From an uncultured Clostridia bacterium (GTDB taxonomy: Bacteria; Bacillota; Clostridia; TANB77; CAG-508), in NCBI GenBank assembly GCA_944390395.1, contig CALXPY010000003.1, positions 1 through 59,228 of the forward strand: DNA of 59,228 bases, read 5' to 3'. The notes below the pieces were generated by a model that was not told the origin of the DNA, made no database searches, and saw only the letters and a program-made list of their open reading frames with translations. Shown piece after piece: positions 41,828 to 51,463 of the stretch (position 1 is its first letter; each line of letters begins with the position of its first letter). The position numbers and the translations under genes are program-made.

Positions 41828-44263
41828 TTATCTTGTTTTATTGTTTTTCCTTGCTGTTTTAGTTGACATATATATTACCAATATCGTTAGTATAACCATT
41901 ATTATTATTTGAATAGCCGGAAAATAATATTTCATTTCTAAATTAGTTTTAATAATGTAATATAAGCCATAGCTTAATATTATTCCTAATATTATTCCAA
42001 TAACAAGAGATTTTATTCCATAAATCAAACTCTCATAAGAAAACATTTTGTTAAATTGTTTGTTAGTCATTCCTATTGCCTTTAAAACTTCAAATTCTCT
42101 TTTTCTTAAATTCATGCTTGCTGTAATTGTATTATAGACATTAGTTATTCCTATTAAAGATATTACTAAAAGTAGACCATATAAAAAGATAGACATAATA
42201 ATTGTAAGTTTTTGTGCATCTTCCTTTTGCTTAGTATAATTTCTTACTGATATTTTATCAGTATTAATAAATTGCGATATTTCTTTTTCTAATTTATTTG
42301 GGTTACTCGAATTTACCCTCATATCCATAGAAAAATTTCCTTTTACTATACTATTTCTTCCATCATCAATTTCCATTTTTTTGGCCATATCATTAGATAT
42401 AATTAGTTTTTCATGCTCTAGATTATCACTATCTATTTTCTCTATCATAGAATTATCTAAATTAAATATTGCTACTGATGGATCTAAGTTAGTAATTTTT
42501 ATAATTGGAATTTTATATTCTTTTCCATTGCTTATAATGTTTAATATTTCTCCTTCTCTTACAGATGAGTTAGTAGAAAGTAAAATTCCCATATTAAAGG
42601 TATCTTCATATTTTAGTCCTATACTTTTTAAATAATTTTCATAAGTATTTCCTTCATAAGCATAAATACTAATTGCTTTATTATTGTTTTTCATTATAGC
42701 ATTAAATCTTACTATAATAGAATAATCTATGATACTGTCTAGCTCTTTAATCCTATCAAAATTTTTAAATACTGTATCTGTTTCTTCTTGTTCATCGCTA
42801 TATATCATTGATACATCTATATTTCTATTAGTCGGTTTATAAATATCATTTACTATCCAAAACATATATTGTATTATACTACTTATTATTATCACTAATA
42901 TCATAATGATACTAATTGAAATTGTTGTAGAGCGATATTGATTTTTATTTCGTTTAATATTTTTGTAAGCTATTTGTCCTTCTATTCCCAGCATCTTCGC
43001 TTTTAATTTACTAATTTTAACATATTTATTTTTAATTGAAATTTCATTATTTTGTCTAATTGTTTCAATTGGTGAAGCTTTCTTGGCTTTTTTTATTGGT
43101 CTAATACAAGATAAAAATGTTGAAAGTAATGTTAGTAATATACTAGCAATTATAGATATAACATTAACATTAAATTGCATAGTTAGCTCATTGTTATACA
43201 TATTTTCTAATAGGCTTCCAATTCCTTTTGTGCTTAAGAATGCTAATCCTATCCCTAACATTAAACCTATTGGAATACTAATTACGGTATAAAAAATTCC
43301 TTCTCTTAATACAATTGTTGTAATTTGTTTTGAGGTTGCTCCAATACTGATTAATGTTCCAAATTCTTTCATTCTTTCTGATATAGAAATTTGAAAACTA
43401 TTTTTGATTAGTATAATAGTAATTGCTACTACAATTATAATCGCTAGTGCACCTATTAATTCTAATTGAGATTTTTCATTCATTCCTTTGGTGGCACCTT
43501 GCCATAATAATAGTTCATTATTTTCTGAAATATGAGTTTTTATACTTGAATTCATTAGTTCTTGATAAAATGTACTTTCTCCTTTTGGATTTTTTAATAA
43601 TATATTCACTTCACAAGGTCTTACTTCCGTCATCTGTTCTAGCTTTGTAATTGCTATGTAAGCATTGCTACTATTTGCTTCCTGTCTTGTTTGCTTTATA
43701 ATTCCTGTAACGGTGTAAGTTACTCTTTCTATTCCATCTGGCTCTAAAAATTCTTCCATTTCATCATTAGAAATTTTTAATTTAACTTTCTGTACATCAA
43801 GTGTTAGTTGGTCACCAATTTTTATCTGCTCATTAGCATTATTTATCAAATAGTTAGAAACTAAAATTTCTTTCTCGTTCTGTGGTAATCTTCCTTCTAT
43901 TAACTCAATATCTCTATTAAGTAAAGCTATTTCATCATACCCTTCTATTTTAATTCCCTGTTTAGCATAAATTTGTGTTTCATAATCAGCTGCTCCTATT
44001 GTTTGAGATATTGCTATTTTTTCTATTTTTTCTTTCATCTGTTTAAATTGCATTGCAATTTCAGTAGTTGTTTGATCAATACGAATATGATAATTTCCTA
44101 TACGCCTTTTTGCATCCTCTACCATAGAATTTTGGAAATTATATATTAAAGTGAGTATAAAGCTAATTAAAGTTACTGACACTACAATTCCTATAATAGT
44201 AGCAATTGTTCTTTTTTTATTTCTTTTTAAATTCTTCCAAGCAAGTGCACTTAAAACATTCAT
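41828..44263 (-). CDS. ABC transporter permease, MacB/FtsX-like
   Basis: Start MNVLSALAWKNLKRNKKRT after GAGGA; ERMKEFGTLISIGAT and RKREFEVLKAIGM repeats. Confidence 0.85.
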   Translation of the reverse strand: MNVLSALAWKNLKRNKKRTIATIIGIVVSVTLISFILTLIYNFQNSMVEDAKRRIGNYHIRIDQTTTEIAMQFKQMKEKIEKIAISQTIGAADYETQIYAKQGIKIEGYDEIALLNRDIELIEGRLPQNEKEILVSNYLINNANEQIKIGDQLTLDVQKVKLKISNDEMEEFLEPDGIERVTYTVTGIIKQTRQEANSSNAYIAITKLEQMTEVRPCEVNILLKNPKGESTFYQELMNSSIKTHISENNELLLWQGATKGMNEKSQLELIGALAIIIVVAITIILIKNSFQISISERMKEFGTLISIGATSKQITTIVLREGIFYTVISIPIGLMLGIGLAFLSTKGIGSLLENMYNNELTMQFNVNVISIIASILLTLLSTFLSCIRPIKKAKKASPIETIRQNNEISIKNKYVKISKLKAKMLGIEGQIAYKNIKRNKNQYRSTTISISIIMILVIIISSIIQYMFWIVNDIYKPTNRNIDVSMIYSDEQEETDTVFKNFDRIKELDSIIDYSIIVRFNAIMKNNNKAISIYAYEGNTYENYLKSIGLKYEDTFNMGILLSTNSSVREGEILNIISNGKEYKIPIIKITNLDPSVAIFNLDNSMIEKIDSDNLEHEKLIISNDMAKKMEIDDGRNSIVKGNFSMDMRVNSSNPNKLEKEISQFINTDKISVRNYTKQKEDAQKLTIIMSIFLYGLLLVISLIGITNVYNTITASMNLRKREFEVLKAIGMTNKQFNKMFSYESLIYGIKSLVIGIILGIILSYGLYYIIKTNLEMKYYFPAIQIIIMVILTILVIYMSTKTARKNNKTR

Positions 44264-44473
44264 ATTTCTATCCTCTATTCTTAATTTTTTATAATATTGG
44301 AATATCTTTCCATCTTTTATTGTAATAATTCTGTCAGCTACGTTTGTAATTCTTTCATCGTGTATTACTAACAAAATAGTTCGATTGTATTTCTTATTAG
44401 ATACTTTTAATAATTCTATAATTTTTCCTGATACCTTACTATCTAAATTTCCAGTAGGCTCGTCTGATAATAT
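44264..44473 (-). pseudogene. C-terminal remnant of an ABC ATPase
   Basis: ILSDEPTGNLDS...IHD..ADRIITIKDGKI; Walker A and signature motif absent upstream. Confidence 0.8.
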
Positions 44474-44710
44474 TTTTATAATTATATAAAAAACAAATTG
44501 CAAAGTCTCACGAAATTTGTCGAATTTTATTAATATATGTATTTTTTCTATACTTTTGTATTATTATTTGAATTACTTTTATTTTCATTTAATTCATTAT
44601 ATTTTTCTAATTCATTAACTAAAAATTGAGTACTTTTATTTCTTTCTATCAAATATTTCTTACTCCATTTACTATTAAACATGCTAATGTAAACCACCAA
44701 AAAGCATAAT

Positions 44711-44777
44711 AAAAACACCTGTTAACAAAGCTTTTTATATAATAGGAATTTTGGTGAAATTTTCTATTATATAAAAA
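44711..44777. repeat. Dispersed hairpin element, copy 3
   Basis: AAAAACACCTGTTAACAAAGCTTTT plus 14-bp stem; abuts terminator 44776-44798. Confidence 0.7.
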
Positions 44778-44796
44778 TAGCGGGCCTAACCCGCTA

Positions 44797-45300
44797 TTAT
44801 TCAATATTAAATTCTACCGTAATATAATCTTGATAATCTAACTCTTTTACTAGCATATATCTTCCATTTTCCAATTCTCCAAAAACTTTTGACCAATCAA
44901 TATCAAATTCTATTTCATGAGTATTTGGATCAACCATTAACGCAATTGCATCAACTATGTAATCTGGATCAATTGGTTCAACTAATTTCCATTCGTTTTC
45001 TTCCATTCTATAAATTAGATAATCATTACCATAAATATATGGATTTTCATTATCATCATGTATAATAACAGTTGCCCCGTTTCTTGTTAATGTTCCCTCT
45101 TTAATTGTCATCTTCACCTTATCTTTACTTCTTTCAATTTCAGGTATATCAATGTCATAATTTAAATTTTCTGTACTAACAGTAGTATTTAAATTAGGTG
45201 AAAGTTCATTTGCAGTATTTCTTCTCCAATACATAATAAAAATTATTATTAAAATTATTACACATATAATTATAGAAAATATTAGTATTCCTTTTTTCAT
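44797..45300 (-). CDS. Membrane-anchored Ig-like domain protein, paralog B
   Basis: Paralog of 40064..40564; terminator AATAGCGGG/CCCGCTATT at the stop. Confidence 0.72.
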   Translation of the reverse strand: MKKGILIFSIIICVIILIIIFIMYWRRNTANELSPNLNTTVSTENLNYDIDIPEIERSKDKVKMTIKEGTLTRNGATVIIHDDNENPYIYGNDYLIYRMEENEWKLVEPIDPDYIVDAIALMVDPNTHEIEFDIDWSKVFGELENGRYMLVKELDYQDYITVEFNIE

Positions 45301-45322
45301 ATTTAACTCCATTTAAAATTTA

Positions 45323-46309
45323 TTATTTAGAACAGTATCTGCAAAGTATTGATTCTAATCCTATATCTAAGTCAATTAATCCTATTTTATAGTTTGAATC
45401 TAAGTTTATTAATTCTTCTAATATTTTTCTTAATTCTTCTTTAGAAAAATATTTTGCTTGTATTTTATATTTTGTTGTTAAAAATAATTGATTTGGTTTT
45501 AAGCTCATACTTTCTGCCAAATTTTTATTATATTCCTCTGCAATTTTTACAATATATAATTTTTTGAAATGATTATATAAAGTTACTAAAATTTTTTGTA
45601 TTGGTTCTTTTTCTTGTACTAATCCATTCAATACTTCCAATGCAGCTTGTATATCTTTTTTTCCTAAATTATCAGTTAAATCAAATATAATAGCCTGTGT
45701 TTGTTTTATACAAAGTTTATCCACATCTTCTTTTTTTATGTTTCCATTTTCTCCGGCATATTCTATTAATTTTCTTATTTCATTTATTAATTCTTGCATA
45801 TTTGTACCACATACTTCAATAAAATATTTAGCTACATTATCATCAATGTTTACTTTATATGCACTACATATTTTTTTAATATTTGTTATTAACTGTGGTA
45901 ACTTTAATAATTCAAACTCAGTTACTTCTCCATACTCTTCTATAGTTTTATATAAGCTATTTTTTTCTACTTCTTGTTCAACAAAAATTAGCTCTACATA
46001 GTCATTTATAAAATCAATATTCTCTTTTATATAATTAGATATTTTTTCAATTAATGAATTTTCGCTCTTTTTCTTTTCTTTTGCTGTCTTTTTTTCTTTT
46101 TTGAATAATCCTGAAAATTTAGCTATAATCATTTTCTTTTCATATCCAAAAGATGGTGTTTCTATATCTGAAATTATATTTTGAATATTACTTTCATCTA
46201 ACTGTATAAAGTTAATTCCTTTTATAATTTCTCCAAAGTCTTTTTTTATTTTTTTCAATTTTGTTTCTAGAAGGTATGTTTCTTCTCCAAATAGCAATCT
46301 TACTCCCAT
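45323..46309 (-). CDS. holA: DNA polymerase III delta subunit
   Basis: LLFGEETYL, NEIRKL, IFDLTD and LDSNYKIG; usual position near gpr. Confidence 0.88.
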   Translation of the reverse strand: MGVRLLFGEETYLLETKLKKIKKDFGEIIKGINFIQLDESNIQNIISDIETPSFGYEKKMIIAKFSGLFKKEKKTAKEKKKSENSLIEKISNYIKENIDFINDYVELIFVEQEVEKNSLYKTIEEYGEVTEFELLKLPQLITNIKKICSAYKVNIDDNVAKYFIEVCGTNMQELINEIRKLIEYAGENGNIKKEDVDKLCIKQTQAIIFDLTDNLGKKDIQAALEVLNGLVQEKEPIQKILVTLYNHFKKLYIVKIAEEYNKNLAESMSLKPNQLFLTTKYKIQAKYFSKEELRKILEELINLDSNYKIGLIDLDIGLESILCRYCSK

Positions 46310-46326
46310 AATACTCCTTTATATAA

Positions 46327-46821
46327 TTACAGTTTTTCTGCAAACTTTGCAGAATGAGCATGGCATATTGCTGCAGCCATGCTATCTGTAGTATCATCTA
46401 GTTTCGGCAATTTTTCTACTTTTAAAATAGTTTTAACCATTTTTTGTACTTGTATTTTATCAGCTCTTCCATATCCTACAACTGCCTGTTTAATTTGAAG
46501 AGGAGTATACTCATAAGTATCTACTCCTTTTCTTCTTCCTACCACTAGTATTACTCCTCTTGCTTGTGCAACATTAATAGCTGTTTTCGCATTATTATTA
46601 AAGAATAACTCTTCTACAGATATAGCATCTGGTTTATACTCATTTATTATATTTTCTAACTCATTATTGAGTTTAAATAGTCTATCTGGAAATGATTCTC
46701 CTGCATTAGTTGTAACTGCTCCAGAAGTTATTAAATTAAACCTATTTCCAATGTAATCTATTATACTGTATCCAGTTATTGCAAATCCTGGATCAATTCC
46801 TAATATTCTAATTTTTCTCAT
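46327..46821 (-). CDS. ruvC: Holliday junction resolvase RuvC
   Basis: ILGIDPG, EELFF, QARGV, GYGRADK and DD..D motifs. Confidence 0.95.
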   Translation of the reverse strand: MRKIRILGIDPGFAITGYSIIDYIGNRFNLITSGAVTTNAGESFPDRLFKLNNELENIINEYKPDAISVEELFFNNNAKTAINVAQARGVILVVGRRKGVDTYEYTPLQIKQAVVGYGRADKIQVQKMVKTILKVEKLPKLDDTTDSMAAAICHAHSAKFAEKL

Positions 46822-46849
46822 TCCCTTCTCTTTTGATTTAATTATAGTT

Positions 46850-48892
46850 TTATTTCATATTTTTGTGTTTTAAAATAATTCTAAATACTTCTGCAACACT
46901 CCATGCTTGTGCTATAGAGCCTTTAGCCAAATATGGTTTTGTAGAGTCATATAGTTCACTTATACTACCAACTGTAGAATTTTCATACATTTCTTTAATA
47001 AATGTATTTTCAACTCCTTCTACAAATTTGTTATACTCTTCTTCCATTCTTTGTTTTTCTTTCTTATTTTTTTCTGCTTTTATTATGTTTTTATATGAAT
47101 CTGAATACATTCCCAATAACCATGGCCATGTTATTCCCTGATGATAACTCATATCTCTTTTTACATTATCTCCTTCATATACGTCTCTATAGCAAGGTTC
47201 ACCCTTTGCTAAAGTTTTTAAGCCATAAGGAGTAAGTAATTTTTTAGTTACCGTATTAAATATTTCTTTTGCAACTTCACTACCAGGATCAATTACTTGA
47301 TAAGATAATGATAATGCTGCTAGTTGATTAGGTCTTATTTTTCCATCGACTAAAACATCATAAAGACTTTTTCTTTTCTTATTATAAAATTTTTCATTAA
47401 AACTTGTTTTACATTTTCTCGCCATTGAAGCATATTTTTTGCTTAATTCTTTATCATTATATAATTTTGTAAATTCTTCCATTATTTTTAAAGCGTTATA
47501 CCATAAAGCATTTATTTCAATTGCTTTTCCGTTTCTTGGAGTGATTGCAACAGATCCTATTTTTGCATCCATCCATGTATTTTGTGTATCTGGAGTACCA
47601 GAAGAAATAAGTCCGTCTTCATCTAAGTATATATTGTTATTGTCTAAATTAATTCCTGAAGCATAAGAATCTATAATCTTTATTAGTACTTCATATAAAT
47701 TATTTTTAAAGAACTCATAATCTTGTGTATAATTTAAATATTTTTTTACTTGTTCAAATAATAGCAATGAGCTATCTACACTATTATACAATGGTCTGCC
47801 ATCATATCCTGAATATCCATTAGGTACTAATCCATACTTTATATCTCTTATACAGGTTAATAAGACTTCTTTTGCAATTTTAAATCTTCTTGGAATTAAC
47901 AATATTCCTTCAAAAGATATAAGTGTATCTCTTCCCCAATCTAAGAACCATGGATATCCAGCAATTAATGTATACAAAGCAAACGAAGGTCTATAAACCA
48001 CAAAATTATCTGATGCAATAATATAATTCTTTATCATTTCCTTATAATCTGGATTTTGAGAATTTTTGTTTTTTTCATCAAGTAAATATGAATCATATAT
48101 AAGACTAGTAATTCTTATAATTTCTTTGTTAATTAAATTTCTTGCATCAATTTCTTCTATATTATTTTCTAAAGAGCATACAAAGGTAATACATTTTTCT
48201 TCATTTGGTTTTAACTCAATTTCATATCTACCAGGAACAACCAAATTTTCTTCAGATCCCAAACCTCTTTTTTCTTCTTCAATGTAGTACATATTTCTAA
48301 AGATATCGTGTTCATGCTTAATATATTTTCCTTCTGTCATATTCATATAAATTGGTATAGTAGAATGTTCATTTACTATAATTTTCACTTTATTTTCAGT
48401 AATATCTTGTTTTAAATTGAAATCATAATCCTTCGTTGTACTATGGAAATCTCTAAAATTAATAATTGGTGCTACTGTAAATTTGCCTGTATGATCTCCA
48501 TTTTTTATTGTATATAAAACAGCAACAGTGTTTTTACCATGTTCCATGCATATAAACTTTTTTATTTCTACATCTTCGACTTTATAAGTAAATATTGGTA
48601 TATATTCTTTTTCAAATCTCTCTAAGTATTTATAACCATCAGATACATAGTTTTTACACATATTTGTAAATAATCCATAAGATTTTCCATCTATTTCTAT
48701 ACTTTCATCTAGCTTAGATAATATTAAATTTCTACTTCCTGGTGGATTTAAAGGTGCAACTAATAGACCGTGGTATTTTCTAGTATTTACTCCTAATATT
48801 GTTGAACTTGCATAACCACCTAATCCATTAGTAATAACCCATTCTCGTTTAATTCCTTCTTCTATGTTAAGTTTCTCTTTTTCGTATTTCAT
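46850..48892 (-). CDS. Glycogen debranching enzyme (amylo-alpha-1,6-glucosidase)
   Basis: EWVITNGLGGYASST, AGYPWFLDWGRDT, TWMDAK and AQAWSVAE motifs. Confidence 0.92.
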   Translation of the reverse strand: MKYEKEKLNIEEGIKREWVITNGLGGYASSTILGVNTRKYHGLLVAPLNPPGSRNLILSKLDESIEIDGKSYGLFTNMCKNYVSDGYKYLERFEKEYIPIFTYKVEDVEIKKFICMEHGKNTVAVLYTIKNGDHTGKFTVAPIINFRDFHSTTKDYDFNLKQDITENKVKIIVNEHSTIPIYMNMTEGKYIKHEHDIFRNMYYIEEEKRGLGSEENLVVPGRYEIELKPNEEKCITFVCSLENNIEEIDARNLINKEIIRITSLIYDSYLLDEKNKNSQNPDYKEMIKNYIIASDNFVVYRPSFALYTLIAGYPWFLDWGRDTLISFEGILLIPRRFKIAKEVLLTCIRDIKYGLVPNGYSGYDGRPLYNSVDSSLLLFEQVKKYLNYTQDYEFFKNNLYEVLIKIIDSYASGINLDNNNIYLDEDGLISSGTPDTQNTWMDAKIGSVAITPRNGKAIEINALWYNALKIMEEFTKLYNDKELSKKYASMARKCKTSFNEKFYNKKRKSLYDVLVDGKIRPNQLAALSLSYQVIDPGSEVAKEIFNTVTKKLLTPYGLKTLAKGEPCYRDVYEGDNVKRDMSYHQGITWPWLLGMYSDSYKNIIKAEKNKKEKQRMEEEYNKFVEGVENTFIKEMYENSTVGSISELYDSTKPYLAKGSIAQAWSVAEVFRIILKHKNMK

Positions 48893-48906
48893 TAGTAAAC
48901 CTCCAT

Positions 48907-50490
48907 TTATTTTTTATTTTTCTTCTTTGTATGTTTTTCCTTGTTCTTGCTCTTTTTCTTTTCTTTTTCCTTTATCTCTTCGCTTTTTTTAGGTTCGTTA
49001 GTTTTTTCTTCATAAATTCCAGCTTTTACTTTCATTTTCAAATCTGATTCTTGTATTGATTTAATTCTATCTTGATATTTTTTTGAGAATTTACTTTTTC
49101 CAGTTTCTATATTTCTGCTTTTATGTTTAGATTTTTTCTTTCCTTCTTCTTTTAAGTTTTTCTTAGCCTGGCTTAGTCTATCATTTAATAAGATATATTT
49201 TGTATCATTTTGCATATCTTTAAATTTTAAATCATCACATATTAGCTGAATTATAGAGGCTGCTATAGCTTCAGGGTTATGTCTTATAAACTCTCCATCC
49301 ACATAAGAAAGTTCCCTTTGCATTAAATATACCCCTTCAGCTTTAGCTTTTTGAGCATCTATATCAACTAATTCCTGTCCTTGCATATTATATTTTCTTA
49401 TATACTCAGGTATTAATTCTCCTGTATCATAAATACAATATTCTATTACACCTTTACCAACGTGTTCATTAATTGCTTTTATGTGATCTGATAAAGTGTA
49501 ATTATCGGTTTGTCCTTGTTCTGTCATAATATTGCTTACATAAATTTTAAAGGCTTTACTTTCTTTTATTGCCTTTGCTACTCCTTTAACTAACAAGTTA
49601 GGAATAACATTAGTATACAAGCTTCCTGGACCAATAACTATAGCGTCCGCTTCTTCTATTGCTTCTATTACTCCAGGTGCTGGCTTACAAGTAGTAGGTT
49701 TTATATATATTCTATTTATTTTACTTACTCTATCATTAACAAGTTCTGGAATTTTACTTTTACTTTCTATTACTGTTCCATCTTCTAGTTCTGCACATAT
49801 TGTTATAGGCTCTAATGTTACTGGTAAAACTCTACCAGTCATATTTAAAACTTCTTGCACATTTTTTATTGATTCTGCAAAATCGCCATAAATTTCATGC
49901 ATTCCTAATAAATATAAATCTCCAAAACACAAGCCTTTTAATTCTGGATCAGAATAATTTAAATTCATTAATTTTTCCATTACACTCTCGTTTTCAGAAA
50001 GAGCAACAATACTTTGCTTTATATCATCTAACACCTTGCTTCCAGCTATTCCATTTGAGCTGTTTTGCTTTTCTCCATAATCAGAAACTGTTACAATTGC
50101 AGTTATATTATCAGTATATTTTTTTAATCCTTTTAAAACAGAATTAAGTCCTGCTCCTCCACCTATTGCAACAATTTTTGGTCCTTGGTCATATATCTTT
50201 TTGTTAAATATTAAAGATTTTACATTTTTAGTATTTTTATCTATTCTTTCATCTGTTTCTTCTACCAATATTTCTAGAGTTCTTTTTTGTATTGAAATTA
50301 TTCCCCAAACTACTAACACAAAACCTACTACAAATATTAATATTATTTTACCTAAATTTGAAAATTCTTGTTTATCACTAGTAAGTACTTCTGCCATTCC
50401 ATAGCAAGTAAGTAAAATTCCTATTATTATTATCAATATCCATCTTTTTATTTTTGTACTCGATTTAAACCATCTAAAAAAGCCTTTCAT
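48907..50490 (-). CDS. yvcK: YvcK/GlmR family protein with N-terminal TMs and Lys-rich tail
   Basis: KIVAIGGGAGL, GPGSLYTNVIPNLLV and NIMTEQGQTD motifs. Confidence 0.82.
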   Translation of the reverse strand: MKGFFRWFKSSTKIKRWILIIIIGILLTCYGMAEVLTSDKQEFSNLGKIILIFVVGFVLVVWGIISIQKRTLEILVEETDERIDKNTKNVKSLIFNKKIYDQGPKIVAIGGGAGLNSVLKGLKKYTDNITAIVTVSDYGEKQNSSNGIAGSKVLDDIKQSIVALSENESVMEKLMNLNYSDPELKGLCFGDLYLLGMHEIYGDFAESIKNVQEVLNMTGRVLPVTLEPITICAELEDGTVIESKSKIPELVNDRVSKINRIYIKPTTCKPAPGVIEAIEEADAIVIGPGSLYTNVIPNLLVKGVAKAIKESKAFKIYVSNIMTEQGQTDNYTLSDHIKAINEHVGKGVIEYCIYDTGELIPEYIRKYNMQGQELVDIDAQKAKAEGVYLMQRELSYVDGEFIRHNPEAIAASIIQLICDDLKFKDMQNDTKYILLNDRLSQAKKNLKEEGKKKSKHKSRNIETGKSKFSKKYQDRIKSIQESDLKMKVKAGIYEEKTNEPKKSEEIKEKEKKKSKNKEKHTKKKNKK

Positions 50491-50514
50491 TATTTCCTCA
50501 TTCCTCTCTCTTTT

Positions 50515-51432
50515 TTAGTCTCCAATAATTTCTACTTCTAATTCTATATCTTTATTAAATTTTTCTTTTACTTTTTTCTTTACGTACTCTGTCAATTCTA
50601 TTACATCTTTTGCTGTGGCATTTCCCTTGTTTACTATAAAACCAGCATGTAATTCAGAAACTTGCGCACCTCCAATGCTGTAACCTTTTAATCCACATTC
50701 ATCAATCAGTTTTGCTGTAATAAAATCTTTTCCTCTCTTAAAAGTACTCCCCGCGCTTGGCATTGATAATGGCTGTTTTTGTTTCCTTACAGATAAATAC
50801 TCTTGAATTTTTTTCTTTATCTCGTCTTTATCTTGTTTATATAATTTTAATGTTGTACTTAGTATTACATATTTGTTTTTAAAAAACAAACTATGTCTAT
50901 ACGAAAATTCACATTCAGATTTATCTATTTTCTTTATGTTTCCATTATAATCCATATATGTAACATTAACTACTATATCTTTAAATTCTTTATCATTTAC
51001 ACCAGCATTCATTTTTATTGCTCCTCCAATTGTTCCAGGAATACCAGCTGCAAATTCAAAACCTCCTAAGCCACCTTTTTGTAATTTAGATGCCAACTCG
51101 CCATTTTTAACACCCGCTTCTACAGTCACCAAAGTATAATCTTCCATATATTCCATATTCACTTTTTGTAAATTGATTTTAAGCACAATGCCTTTTATTC
51201 CATCGTCTTTTACTAAAACATTGCTTCCATTTCCTAAAATTACAAAAGGTATATTATTTTTATGTATAATATCCATTATATACTTTAGTTCTTCCAAATC
51301 ATTAACTATTATAAATATATCTGCTTTTCCACCTATTTTAAAAGTAGTGTGCTTACTCATTGGTTCATCTCGTTTTATTACACTTAATTTTAGTCTTTCA
51401 CTTAGAATTTTAAATATATCTTCTTTATTCAA
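50515..51432 (-). CDS. murB: UDP-N-acetylenolpyruvoylglucosamine reductase
   Basis: HTTFKIGG, GNGSN, GIPGTIGGA, SAGSTFK and HAGFIVN motifs. Confidence 0.95.
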   Translation of the reverse strand: MNKEDIFKILSERLKLSVIKRDEPMSKHTTFKIGGKADIFIIVNDLEELKYIMDIIHKNNIPFVILGNGSNVLVKDDGIKGIVLKINLQKVNMEYMEDYTLVTVEAGVKNGELASKLQKGGLGGFEFAAGIPGTIGGAIKMNAGVNDKEFKDIVVNVTYMDYNGNIKKIDKSECEFSYRHSLFFKNKYVILSTTLKLYKQDKDEIKKKIQEYLSVRKQKQPLSMPSAGSTFKRGKDFITAKLIDECGLKGYSIGGAQVSELHAGFIVNKGNATAKDVIELTEYVKKKVKEKFNKDIELEVEIIGD

Positions 51433-51463
51433 ATTATCACCTCTAAGATATAGTATTCAAATT

